From the IMG/VR virus record IMGVR_UViG_3300046836_000576: a stretch of 62,954 nt of DNA. One strand, 5' to 3'. Under the pieces are notes generated by a model. It saw only the letters and a program-made list of their open reading frames with translations, searched no databases and had not been told where the DNA came from. Shown one piece after another: positions 1 to 8,488 of this stretch. The DNA is from an uncultured virus (IMG/VR IMGVR_UViG_3300046836_000576) (Duplodnaviria; Heunggongvirae; Uroviricota; Caudoviricetes). Positions within the stretch are counted from its first letter, which is position 1. Each line of letters opens with the position of its first letter. A program made the translations under genes and the position numbers.

Positions 1-681
1 ACCGATGCCAACGATAGCCTTACCGTCACCTGTTCCGACTATAGCAGGTTTCTCACTATCAAACCCCAATCTCCCCAGAATAACTGGTGTCAGATGGGCT
101 ACTATTGTGGTGGCGCCGGGTGGGGAACCCTCGAAATAGTCGGGCAGCTTTACTGCGACGGCTCGATGCATTGCGGCGATCTAACCGCCACCGGCTGGAT
201 TTACGGTGGTGGCAACGGAGGAGCGCAAATTAGATGTTGGGCGGGTGATTGGGGCGCGATGTCCTACGCCATGAGCGGCGGCTACTTTGAGATTAGCCCG
301 GATCAAGGCGTGTCCGGTTTCTACTTTCCCAATGCAGGAAACTGGTCCGACGCACGACTGAAGCTCAACATCCGCGACAGCGAGATTGATGCCCTGGCGG
401 TGCTTGGCAGGATACCGGTGCGCGCCTTTGAATGGAACGATCACGGTCGCAAGCTAATGCCCTATCGGGACAGATCAGTAACATGCGGCCTCGTCGCGCA
501 GGAAGTAGAGGAGCTAATACCCAGCGCGGTAGACATCCCGCCCCTTATCGGTGACGACATGAAGGCCATCCTTTATGAGCAGTTCCACCCCTACTATATC
601 CGCGCTATCCAGCAACTAAAGGCAGAAAATGATGAGTTAATGGAAAGATTAACTAGGTTGGAGCAATCAATTGTCCATTAA
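1..681 (+). CDS. Tail fibre/spike protein, C-terminal part (5' truncated), with S74 intramolecular chaperone domain
   Basis: Frame 1 is open from position 1. Gly-rich beta-strand region, then WSDARLKLNI...GLVAQEVEE and a C-terminal coiled coil, typical of Peptidase_S74. Confidence 0.8.
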   Translation, partial: TDANDSLTVTCSDYSRFLTIKPQSPQNNWCQMGYYCGGAGWGTLEIVGQLYCDGSMHCGDLTATGWIYGGGNGGAQIRCWAGDWGAMSYAMSGGYFEISPDQGVSGFYFPNAGNWSDARLKLNIRDSEIDALAVLGRIPVRAFEWNDHGRKLMPYRDRSVTCGLVAQEVEELIPSAVDIPPLIGDDMKAILYEQFHPYYIRAIQQLKAENDELMERLTRLEQSIVH

Positions 682-3463
682 CTTTCCTAATACCCCTCAA
701 CCGGGGGATGAGTGGACTGATTCTGGTGCGTCTTGGACGTGGGATGGAGCCAAGTGGGAAGCAACTACCTTTGCTAATGATGGTCCTTACCTGCCACTAG
801 CTGGTGGTATGATGGCAGGTATGTTGACTTTGTTTCATACTGCACCAACTGCTGCCTATCATGCGACACCAAAAAATTACGTTGATTTGTTTGCCCCACT
901 TAATAGTCCTATTCTTACTGGTAATCCAACAGGGCCTACCAGGCCGGTCGGTGATAACAGTGCCAGCCTTGCTACTACAGCCTTTGTCAGCTCGTACGCA
1001 CCATTAGCTTCGCCCATCTTTATCGGCAACCCACGAGCGCCTACGCCGGCTTTAGGCGATAATACGACCACTATCCCAACGACAGCCTGGGTTAAGTCAC
1101 AGGGATATGGTACTGCATTGGCGTTTCTGCCGTTGACTGGTGGGACTTTAACTGGATTTCTATATATATCCACAGGTGGATCACCTGTACACGGTTCTAC
1201 AGCGGCAGGGTTTGGTGCTACACGTTGGAGTTTTGCTGTAGCTCCTAGTGATGAAATTAGTACCGGAACAATTGATTATCGTGGTTTCGACACTGGAGCA
1301 CTCAGTATTATTGGTGCAGGGACGGATGGTAGCAATCGTCGGATTCGTCTCTGGGACAATGTGTTGGTAAGTAATACTTTAACTGTTGGCGGTGGAGGTA
1401 TATCGGCTGCAAATACGATTGCAAGCACCGGTGGCAATGCGATCATTACTTGGACGGATCGGACCAGTGGAGTGACATGGGGATGGTATGCTTCTGGCGG
1501 TTTGTGTCGATTGTGGGATGCCAATATTGGTGACATGCTCTCAATGTCCAATACTGGTAATCTGACACATATTGGTAACTATCACTATTTCTCTAACAGT
1601 GGTGGAAATGTTAATAGTTCAGGTGGTAATTTTATCTATTCTGATCCAAACTGGACGATATTCCATATAGGCACTGGTAATCAAGGAGTTCAGGTTCAAG
1701 ATACTAATGGTAATGCTCGTCACTTATTTTATAGTGGTGGTAATGCTTATCATGGAGGTCCTCTTAGCATACAAGGTAATAATGCAGTCGATAGTCTACT
1801 TATCTATAGGAGTGGTGGTACTGCTTATATGACGTTTAAGCCTGAGACTGGTGGTAACTGGTCTCAGATTGGTTACTACGGATCAAGTTTTGGCTGGGGT
1901 GGTATTGAATTCCCGGGTCCGGTACAGTTTGATTCTGGCTTCACCACGTTAGGTAACCTTCAAGCCAATGGGTATGTGGTTACTAACAATTTATATCTGT
2001 GGCAAAGTTACATCTTTTTTATGGGTCAGACTAGCGCTGGACCCAATCACTGGGCTAACAATACAGATATGGGGTTCCGTTTAGGATCAGGGAATGGCAC
2101 CTTCTATTTTCAGAATGTCAATGCTGCCAATAACTGTTTTATTGGTTCAGGTGGTGACATCTATGGTGCAACACTTCGAACATGGGGTGGTGGTGACTGG
2201 GGTGCAAGTACAGGTTTTGCATCTTTTTCCCAGCATATCTGGCGCTTTGCGATAAGTGGGGGTGATGGAGGTGCATCGGGTACAGTTAGTTACCGCGTTT
2301 ACGATTCCACCGCACTTTGTATTGTTGGGGCAGATAGTGGAGGGGTTCGACATGTTCATTTATGGGATGATGTAGTTATAGATCGTAATTTACAAGTCAA
2401 TGGTGGGAATATCTATTTACCAAATAGTTCAGGAACCGGCGTAAATATTGTTAATGCAGGTGGTAATTGGTTGCATGTCTTTGATGATGGAAATGCTCAT
2501 CTCGAAACTAACACCAGACTTTGGGTCAATCAGCAAACTGGTACTGATGTTTGGTTTGGTGGACCAGTTATTACAAATAGCAACTATTTTGTTTGGGTAA
2601 ATGGTAGTGCAGGTATTGGTTCCGGTCAAGGTCCTTGCATGTATGGAGACAATAACTGGATTATTGCCAAGTTGGGTAGTGGGAATTCGGGATTTGCTGT
2701 CGCAGATTGGTATGCCAATTGGAATTTTCGAGTAGACTCTGCTGGATCAGTTAGTTGTGCGAATGTTACTGTTAGTGGAAGTCTCTTTGTCGGGGGATTA
2801 CAGATTTATAACAACGGCGGCTGGGTATTTGTTGCCAATTCCCTACAGGCCGGTGGCTTGTATTCACGCGGCGATATCTGGAACGCGGGGAGCATTAATT
2901 CCGGCAATCAACTGAACTGTCCTAACGCCTGCACCGCTGGTTATCTTCACAGTACCAGTGATGTTAAGGCAAATGGCTGGTTCACCAGTGGCATCGGTAA
3001 TGGTGGCGCTCAAGTTAGATGTTGGGCGGGTGATTGGGGCGCAATGTCCTTCGCTATCAGCAACCAGTATTTCGAGATCAGCCCAGACCAAGGGCAATCG
3101 GGCTTTTACTATGCCCCGGCTGGTAATTGGTCGGATGCACGACTGAAATATAATATTCGAGATACTGAAGTTGATGCTCTAGCTGTCATCTGTGCAACAC
3201 CTGTCCGTCGATTTGAATGGAACGAACGGGGACGCAAATTGATGCCTAATTCTGGATCGGACGTACTGTGTGGTTTCGTCGCGCAAGAGATTGAGGAAGT
3301 AATATCCATTGCAGTAGATGCCGTTCCCCTTCTAGGCGGTGGTATGAAACGTGTCGTTGATGAACATCTCACACCATATCTTTTCCGTGCGATCCAACAG
3401 TTGACTAAACGAATTGCAGTGTTGGAGGATCGGCTTGCTTCTACAGGTAATACAACGCTATAA
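671..3463 (+). CDS. Tail fibre protein with C-terminal S74 chaperone domain
   Basis: N-terminal FPNTP..GD..WTWDGAKW motif, YLPLAGG and PTAPTP-type fibre motifs, Gly/Asn/Trp-rich body, then SDARLKYNI...GFVAQEIEE. Confidence 0.85.
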   Translation: MSINFPNTPQPGDEWTDSGASWTWDGAKWEATTFANDGPYLPLAGGMMAGMLTLFHTAPTAAYHATPKNYVDLFAPLNSPILTGNPTGPTRPVGDNSASLATTAFVSSYAPLASPIFIGNPRAPTPALGDNTTTIPTTAWVKSQGYGTALAFLPLTGGTLTGFLYISTGGSPVHGSTAAGFGATRWSFAVAPSDEISTGTIDYRGFDTGALSIIGAGTDGSNRRIRLWDNVLVSNTLTVGGGGISAANTIASTGGNAIITWTDRTSGVTWGWYASGGLCRLWDANIGDMLSMSNTGNLTHIGNYHYFSNSGGNVNSSGGNFIYSDPNWTIFHIGTGNQGVQVQDTNGNARHLFYSGGNAYHGGPLSIQGNNAVDSLLIYRSGGTAYMTFKPETGGNWSQIGYYGSSFGWGGIEFPGPVQFDSGFTTLGNLQANGYVVTNNLYLWQSYIFFMGQTSAGPNHWANNTDMGFRLGSGNGTFYFQNVNAANNCFIGSGGDIYGATLRTWGGGDWGASTGFASFSQHIWRFAISGGDGGASGTVSYRVYDSTALCIVGADSGGVRHVHLWDDVVIDRNLQVNGGNIYLPNSSGTGVNIVNAGGNWLHVFDDGNAHLETNTRLWVNQQTGTDVWFGGPVITNSNYFVWVNGSAGIGSGQGPCMYGDNNWIIAKLGSGNSGFAVADWYANWNFRVDSAGSVSCANVTVSGSLFVGGLQIYNNGGWVFVANSLQAGGLYSRGDIWNAGSINSGNQLNCPNACTAGYLHSTSDVKANGWFTSGIGNGGAQVRCWAGDWGAMSFAISNQYFEISPDQGQSGFYYAPAGNWSDARLKYNIRDTEVDALAVICATPVRRFEWNERGRKLMPNSGSDVLCGFVAQEIEEVISIAVDAVPLLGGGMKRVVDEHLTPYLFRAIQQLTKRIAVLEDRLASTGNTTL

Positions 3464-3505
3464 TTTGGGTTATTATCACCACACTACAACCTTAGGGGTT
3501 CGGCT

Positions 3506-4087
3506 ATGACTGATTATGCAGATGTTCCAACTATAACAACTCTTCATCAGGAAAGTCAAAACATTCAGAATGCTCTGAATCTACTTAATGCTGGCGGTAC
3601 TATGTCGAATTTCACAGTCGCGCCCCCACCTCCGCCTACTGACGGATCTGGTATACCGTCCAGTACTATGTATATGTCGGTTAATATTTCGGTACCGGGT
3701 CCGATCTCACCTGATATGACTCAGGCACTTATTGATACATTAACAACTAGACAGGCTGAAGTAGTATCGGAGTTAGCCGACTTAGGTGTTGGTCCCCCGC
3801 CACCACCAATAACTGACCCGCCTGTAAACACGACGGCTCCCGTTGTCACACAGGTCGATACTAATCTTAATTCTACAACAGGTGTTTGGGACAATACACC
3901 AACTAGCTATACGTATTCTTGGCTTAGGGAAGATGGAATAATGGTCGGAACTCTATCGACTTATCCTATTGCCTTTGCTGATGTTGATCTCTCGTTTACC
4001 TGTACTGTTACAGCAACAAATAATATTGGAACGACACAAGGTCCACCATCAAATAGCGTAGTTGTAGTCAGTCCACCCGCACCCTAG
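3506..4087 (+). CDS. Tail-associated protein with C-terminal Ig-like domain; paralog of 11168..11509
   Basis: C-terminal PVNTTAPVV...TGVW..TPTSYTYSW...FTCTVTATN is an Ig-like motif; the N-terminus resembles 11168..11509. Confidence 0.6.
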   Translation: MTDYADVPTITTLHQESQNIQNALNLLNAGGTMSNFTVAPPPPPTDGSGIPSSTMYMSVNISVPGPISPDMTQALIDTLTTRQAEVVSELADLGVGPPPPPITDPPVNTTAPVVTQVDTNLNSTTGVWDNTPTSYTYSWLREDGIMVGTLSTYPIAFADVDLSFTCTVTATNNIGTTQGPPSNSVVVVSPPAP

Positions 4088-4098
4088 GAGGATGTATA

Positions 4099-4338
4099 AT
4101 GGGTTCGCCTATGCCTAGTAGTGGTACACCTGTTCCTGCAACTCAACCGTTTACCATTAGATTGGAAGCGCAACAGTGGAATGCTGTATTGGCTGCGCTT
4201 GGTGAAGCACCCTATCGGGTTTCTGCACCATTGATCCAAGCGATTGGTGAACAACTTCAGACCCAGGCGAATCAGGCAGGTACCTCTGCCCCAAATGGGC
4301 TTGATGTTGATATTGTGACATCTTCTCCGCCCAACTAA
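4099..4338 (+). CDS. Small phage tail-region hypothetical protein
   Basis: AGGAGG RBS. The QWNAVLAALGEAPYRVSAPLI motif resembles small proteins that follow fibre genes. Confidence 0.6.
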   Translation: MGSPMPSSGTPVPATQPFTIRLEAQQWNAVLAALGEAPYRVSAPLIQAIGEQLQTQANQAGTSAPNGLDVDIVTSSPPN

Positions 4339-4835
4339 TGAGATACCGCAAGCTTGACCAAAACGGCGATATGCAGTTTGGTCATGGGGCTGGTGACTTT
4401 TGGAAAGACCAACCGGAAGCGGTTGGTCAATCCATCAAGACTCGGCTGCTCTTGTTTGCTGGCGAGTGGTATCTTGATACTTCTGCGGGAACTCCCTGGG
4501 GTGGGTTCCCACTAAACCAGTCTGTTGTTCAGCAAGGTAAGATACTGTCTGAGCATACACAGTTCTCAAGGGATGCGGCAATTCGTGAGAGAATTATTAC
4601 AACTGATGGAGTGATGACATTAAACAATTATGGAAGCGCGTTTAATGCTAATTCCCGCGCGTTTTCAGTTGGCGCACAAGTAGATACAGTTTATGGTGGT
4701 CCTATTTCTGTAATTATCTCTCAAGTATTAGGTGCACCACCGGTTATTCAGTTTGGAGTCCCTCTTGCTCAAGAGAGACGTCCTGTAGCTCCCGTTTATA
4801 GATCCTTGCCAAGACCATCAACAAGGGCTAGGTAG
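4338..4835 (+). CDS. Baseplate wedge subunit (gp25/GpW/Mu gp46-like)
   Basis: MRYRKLD..GD..FG...EAVGQ.IKTRLLLF.GEWYLDT..G.PW; lies directly upstream of the baseplate J gene. Confidence 0.8.
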   Translation: MRYRKLDQNGDMQFGHGAGDFWKDQPEAVGQSIKTRLLLFAGEWYLDTSAGTPWGGFPLNQSVVQQGKILSEHTQFSRDAAIRERIITTDGVMTLNNYGSAFNANSRAFSVGAQVDTVYGGPISVIISQVLGAPPVIQFGVPLAQERRPVAPVYRSLPRPSTRAR

Positions 4836-4837
4836 AA

Positions 4838-6028
4838 ATGGTTGCTCCCGTTGCAGTAATTGACTCGAATGGTATAACGATACCACTATATACTGATGTG
4901 CTTGCTTATCTGCAAGAACAATATCAATTGATTTATGGTAGTGATGTCAATCTGGATCCTGATACTCAAGATGGTCAGTGGATTGCGGTAACCGCATCAG
5001 CAATTCATGATGCCAATCAGACTATGGTTGCAGCTTATCTATCCTATAGTCCAACCTTTGCACAAGGTGTAGGTCTATCAAGTATTGTAAAGATTAATGG
5101 TATTCGACGTCAGCGTCCCAGTGTTAGCAATGTAATAGTGCAATGTGTTGGTGTTGCAGGTACCGGTATTGGTGGTGGTATTGTAGGTGACCAGTTTAAT
5201 CTTGGTACTCAGTGGGTTTTACCACCCGAGGTTACTATTCCACCGACTGGCTTAATTGAAGTAACAGCGACTTCTAATGTTGAAGGAGCAGTTACAGCAG
5301 ATGTGAATACATTAACACACATTCTGACACCAATACCTGGTTGGCAGACAGTTACTAATCCAAGTGCTGCGGTACCTGGTCAACCAATTGAGACTGATGC
5401 AGCATTACGCAGAAGACAAACAATCTCGGTAGCAAATCCTTCACAAACAGTGGTTGTTGGTATTCAAGGTGCGATTGAGGAATTAGCAGGTGTCGTCCGG
5501 GTTATGGTCTATGAAAATCCAACTGCTGTTACTGACGTAAATGGTACACCACCCTATTCAATGGCTATAGCTGTTGAGGGTGGGGACATTAACGATATTG
5601 CCAATGCTATAGCGTTAAGAAAGACACCAGGCAGCCCAACCTATGGTACCACTTCGGTTATGGTCTTTGATAGTCGTGGTATACCTTCGGTGATTAATTT
5701 CTTTGAGTTGACTATAGTGCCTGTAACGGTTGGTATTACACTGAATGCCCTTCCTGGATTTACTTCGGTAATTGAAACGGAAATCATTGATAGTGTTATC
5801 GCCTATATGAATTCTCTGCCTATTGGTTATGATTCCTATCAGTCTAAACTAGTAGCTGCTTGTCAGGTGACTGAGCCTGATGGATTAACTTATGATGTTA
5901 CTTCAGTTAGACAATCAAGAGATGGGAACCCTCTTGCTATCCAAGATGTGACAATTTCTTATATTGAAGCGGCAACCGCTGATCCCACTACGGTTACAAT
6001 AACCGTCAATCCTCAGCTTAGGAGGTAA
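4838..6028 (+). CDS. Baseplate J/gp47 family protein
   Basis: DPDTQDGQWI, A.GVGL..IVKINGI.R, G...ETDAALRRRQ and V.VYEN motifs. Confidence 0.9.
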   Translation: MVAPVAVIDSNGITIPLYTDVLAYLQEQYQLIYGSDVNLDPDTQDGQWIAVTASAIHDANQTMVAAYLSYSPTFAQGVGLSSIVKINGIRRQRPSVSNVIVQCVGVAGTGIGGGIVGDQFNLGTQWVLPPEVTIPPTGLIEVTATSNVEGAVTADVNTLTHILTPIPGWQTVTNPSAAVPGQPIETDAALRRRQTISVANPSQTVVVGIQGAIEELAGVVRVMVYENPTAVTDVNGTPPYSMAIAVEGGDINDIANAIALRKTPGSPTYGTTSVMVFDSRGIPSVINFFELTIVPVTVGITLNALPGFTSVIETEIIDSVIAYMNSLPIGYDSYQSKLVAACQVTEPDGLTYDVTSVRQSRDGNPLAIQDVTISYIEAATADPTTVTITVNPQLRR

Positions 6029-6030
6029 TC

Positions 6031-6690
6031 ATGACTGGACTAACCGATCGCACGGCTCAAGGGCTCCTCGGTCACATCACTGGAAAGTTAGCAATCTTTC
6101 CTATACCAACAGTCTTTATTGGTTTATTTACAGCTGTTGGTAGTGATGCGGGGGTCGGGTTTACCGAAGTTGCCGGTGGGGCTTATGCTAGGTCGCCAAC
6201 TACTGCAGCAACTTGGAATTCGGCAGCCGGGTCAGGACCTAGTGCAATCTCGAATGCGAACCCAATCACTTTTGCCATCTCTACGGCAGACTGGGGGACA
6301 GTCACTGCCTTTGGCTTGTATGATGCAGTTACTGCGGGGAATCTACTTGCCTGGGATTACTTTGGTAGCTATACCTGGTTGCCAACACAGATTAGTGCAG
6401 CCTCGCCTGCGATCCTGTCGGTATCACGACATGGTTTCCTTACTGGTGACAGTGTTGTCTATTCTGCAGAATATGGCGGGAGTCCCCCGACTTTCCTGCA
6501 AGGTAACTTTACAGGACTTCTTGCTGTTACTAACCCACTGACAGATTCTTTCTCTGTCACATCCACAGGTTCGGCAGTCAACACTAATACCTCTGGTAAT
6601 GGAATGGTTCGTAAGGTTGCTTCGCAGCACATTGGTGTTGGTGTACAACCAACATTCCCATCGGGATCCTTGCTCATCACCTCTGCGTAA
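6031..6690 (+). CDS. Putative tail/baseplate structural protein
   Basis: IGLFTA...EV.GG.YAR...N...ITF.....WGTVT.FGLYDA.T.GNLL motif common to phage tail-fibre-like structural proteins. Confidence 0.7.
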   Translation: MTGLTDRTAQGLLGHITGKLAIFPIPTVFIGLFTAVGSDAGVGFTEVAGGAYARSPTTAATWNSAAGSGPSAISNANPITFAISTADWGTVTAFGLYDAVTAGNLLAWDYFGSYTWLPTQISAASPAILSVSRHGFLTGDSVVYSAEYGGSPPTFLQGNFTGLLAVTNPLTDSFSVTSTGSAVNTNTSGNGMVRKVASQHIGVGVQPTFPSGSLLITSA

Positions 6691-6718
6691 CTACTGTTTT
6701 GTAGGGCGTGGATGATCG

Positions 6719-8488
6719 ATGGATCTCTCTGGTCAGATAACGACCACATGCACAGCCAGGAATGATTATTCTGGCCAGATTCCTAACATAGCGTATACTC
6801 TATCTGGTCAAATAACCACTACAATCTCGGCTAGAAATGATTATTATGGTGGTGGTCCTCTTTACATATCCGGTCAGATCACCACAACTACTACAGCTAG
6901 TAATCTCTATACTATTGGGCCAGCAAATCTAACAGGTAGGATTGTAACTGCCGCTAAAGCTTGGGGTGGTTTTACTGCTCCTTCTGGTACTGTCTTATCC
7001 GGTCGGATCACAACTATTAGTAGTGCTAATAGTTGGATTATTACTGGTCCACTCAATTTAACTGGTCAGATTTCTTCAACCAGTGCAGTTACAGGATACT
7101 TCTTTCAAGGATCATTTAATTTAACCGGTCGAATTACATCTACTAATCGTCTTCAAACTAGTGCCTTTATTCTAGGTCAGTTTTCTGGTCGCATTACTTC
7201 CACTAGCTCGGCTAGTGGATCACCATTTGTAATGGGTAGTCTTTCTGGTACAATAACCTCTACCACTACAACGAGTTCCTGGGCTAGGTTTGGTTTCCCC
7301 TTATCTGGTCAGATTACTTCTATTAGTTCAGCCTCTACTCAATTCCAACCTACGGTTCTATTATACGGTACGATTAGTACGAGCGTTTCGACACTTGCTT
7401 CTTGGCCACCTTTTGTTACTTTATCTGGTCAGATTACTTCGACCTCATCCGTTCGAACGGATGGCGTATTCCCAGTAATAGCATTTGTTGCTGGTACAAT
7501 TACTACAACTGTATCAGCAGGACTATGGGGTAATTTTCCGGAGTTTCTATCTGGTGTAATACTTTCGACAAGCTCAGCTTATGCAGAGACCGTACTTGAT
7601 ACTTATGTATCCGGTCAGATCACCACTATTGCTACAGCTCAAAGCATTCCACCACAACCGATAATAAATTTGATTGGTGGTAAGATCACCACCACAGTTA
7701 CTGCCTCGTTTGGTGATCAGGTTGGGGCTGAGTTAGTACCACCACGTCCGCCTTATCCTGCTCCTTTCCCAACACAACCCGTAGAACATTATCTAGAATA
7801 TATAACTTCTGAGCATAATCAGAAGCCAAAATACATGGATACTATTGCCATAAGCGTTGATACTTGGGTTCAGGATCAGTTAATATCGGCAGGATTACCA
7901 GGGTTATTTGATATTGATTACGCTGTTGGGGAGCAACTGGACTTTGTTGGGCAGTGGATTGGTAAGACTCGATGGATTCAAGTACCTAATGCCTTCTTTA
8001 GTTGGGACGAGGAAGGACTAGGTTGGAACCAAGCGAATTGGAAAGGCCCAGCAGATTCTGATGATCATCTTCAGCGTCTTGATGACTATCATTATCGTAT
8101 ACTGCTATTTGCGGCTATAGCTGCCAATCACTGGGATGGTTCTGTACCATCAGCTTATGCTGCCTGGGATGCGTTGTTTCTCTATAGTGGTGTAACAGTG
8201 GTTATTCAAGACTACGGTAATATGTCTATGATGTATGGGGTATTGTGGGCGACTGAACCGGATACCGTTCTGATCTCTATGCTTATAAACGGACATATGG
8301 ATCTAAAGCCTGAAGGCGTTAAAATATTAGATTATATCTTTCAAGTCGAGCCTAATGTCGCATTCTTTGGCTTTGATGCCCAGAATGACACAATAGCTGG
8401 ATGGGAAGCTGGATCTTGGGGTATCCTTGTGCCGCCTGGCTCGGGGTACGACCCGCTGCAACCAACAGGGATTACACCCAATGAGTGA
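6719..8488 (+). CDS. Baseplate protein (DUF2612-like C-terminus) with long N-terminal Ser/Thr-rich repeat region
   Basis: The C-terminal ITSEH..KPKY...FDID.AVGEQLD.VG.WIG..R...LDD..YR...AANHWDG sequence is the DUF2612 pattern. The N-terminus carries about 15 SG(Q/R/T)IT repeats. Confidence 0.75.
   Translation: MDLSGQITTTCTARNDYSGQIPNIAYTLSGQITTTISARNDYYGGGPLYISGQITTTTTASNLYTIGPANLTGRIVTAAKAWGGFTAPSGTVLSGRITTISSANSWIITGPLNLTGQISSTSAVTGYFFQGSFNLTGRITSTNRLQTSAFILGQFSGRITSTSSASGSPFVMGSLSGTITSTTTTSSWARFGFPLSGQITSISSASTQFQPTVLLYGTISTSVSTLASWPPFVTLSGQITSTSSVRTDGVFPVIAFVAGTITTTVSAGLWGNFPEFLSGVILSTSSAYAETVLDTYVSGQITTIATAQSIPPQPIINLIGGKITTTVTASFGDQVGAELVPPRPPYPAPFPTQPVEHYLEYITSEHNQKPKYMDTIAISVDTWVQDQLISAGLPGLFDIDYAVGEQLDFVGQWIGKTRWIQVPNAFFSWDEEGLGWNQANWKGPADSDDHLQRLDDYHYRILLFAAIAANHWDGSVPSAYAAWDALFLYSGVTVVIQDYGNMSMMYGVLWATEPDTVLISMLINGHMDLKPEGVKILDYIFQVEPNVAFFGFDAQNDTIAGWEAGSWGILVPPGSGYDPLQPTGITPNE

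Noticed and set aside
205..3150. Diversity-generating retroelement (TR/VR pair) in the fibre genes
   Set aside because: The two similar segments differ mostly at synonymous third positions rather than at adenines. Both are coding, and no reverse transcriptase is present in the window.
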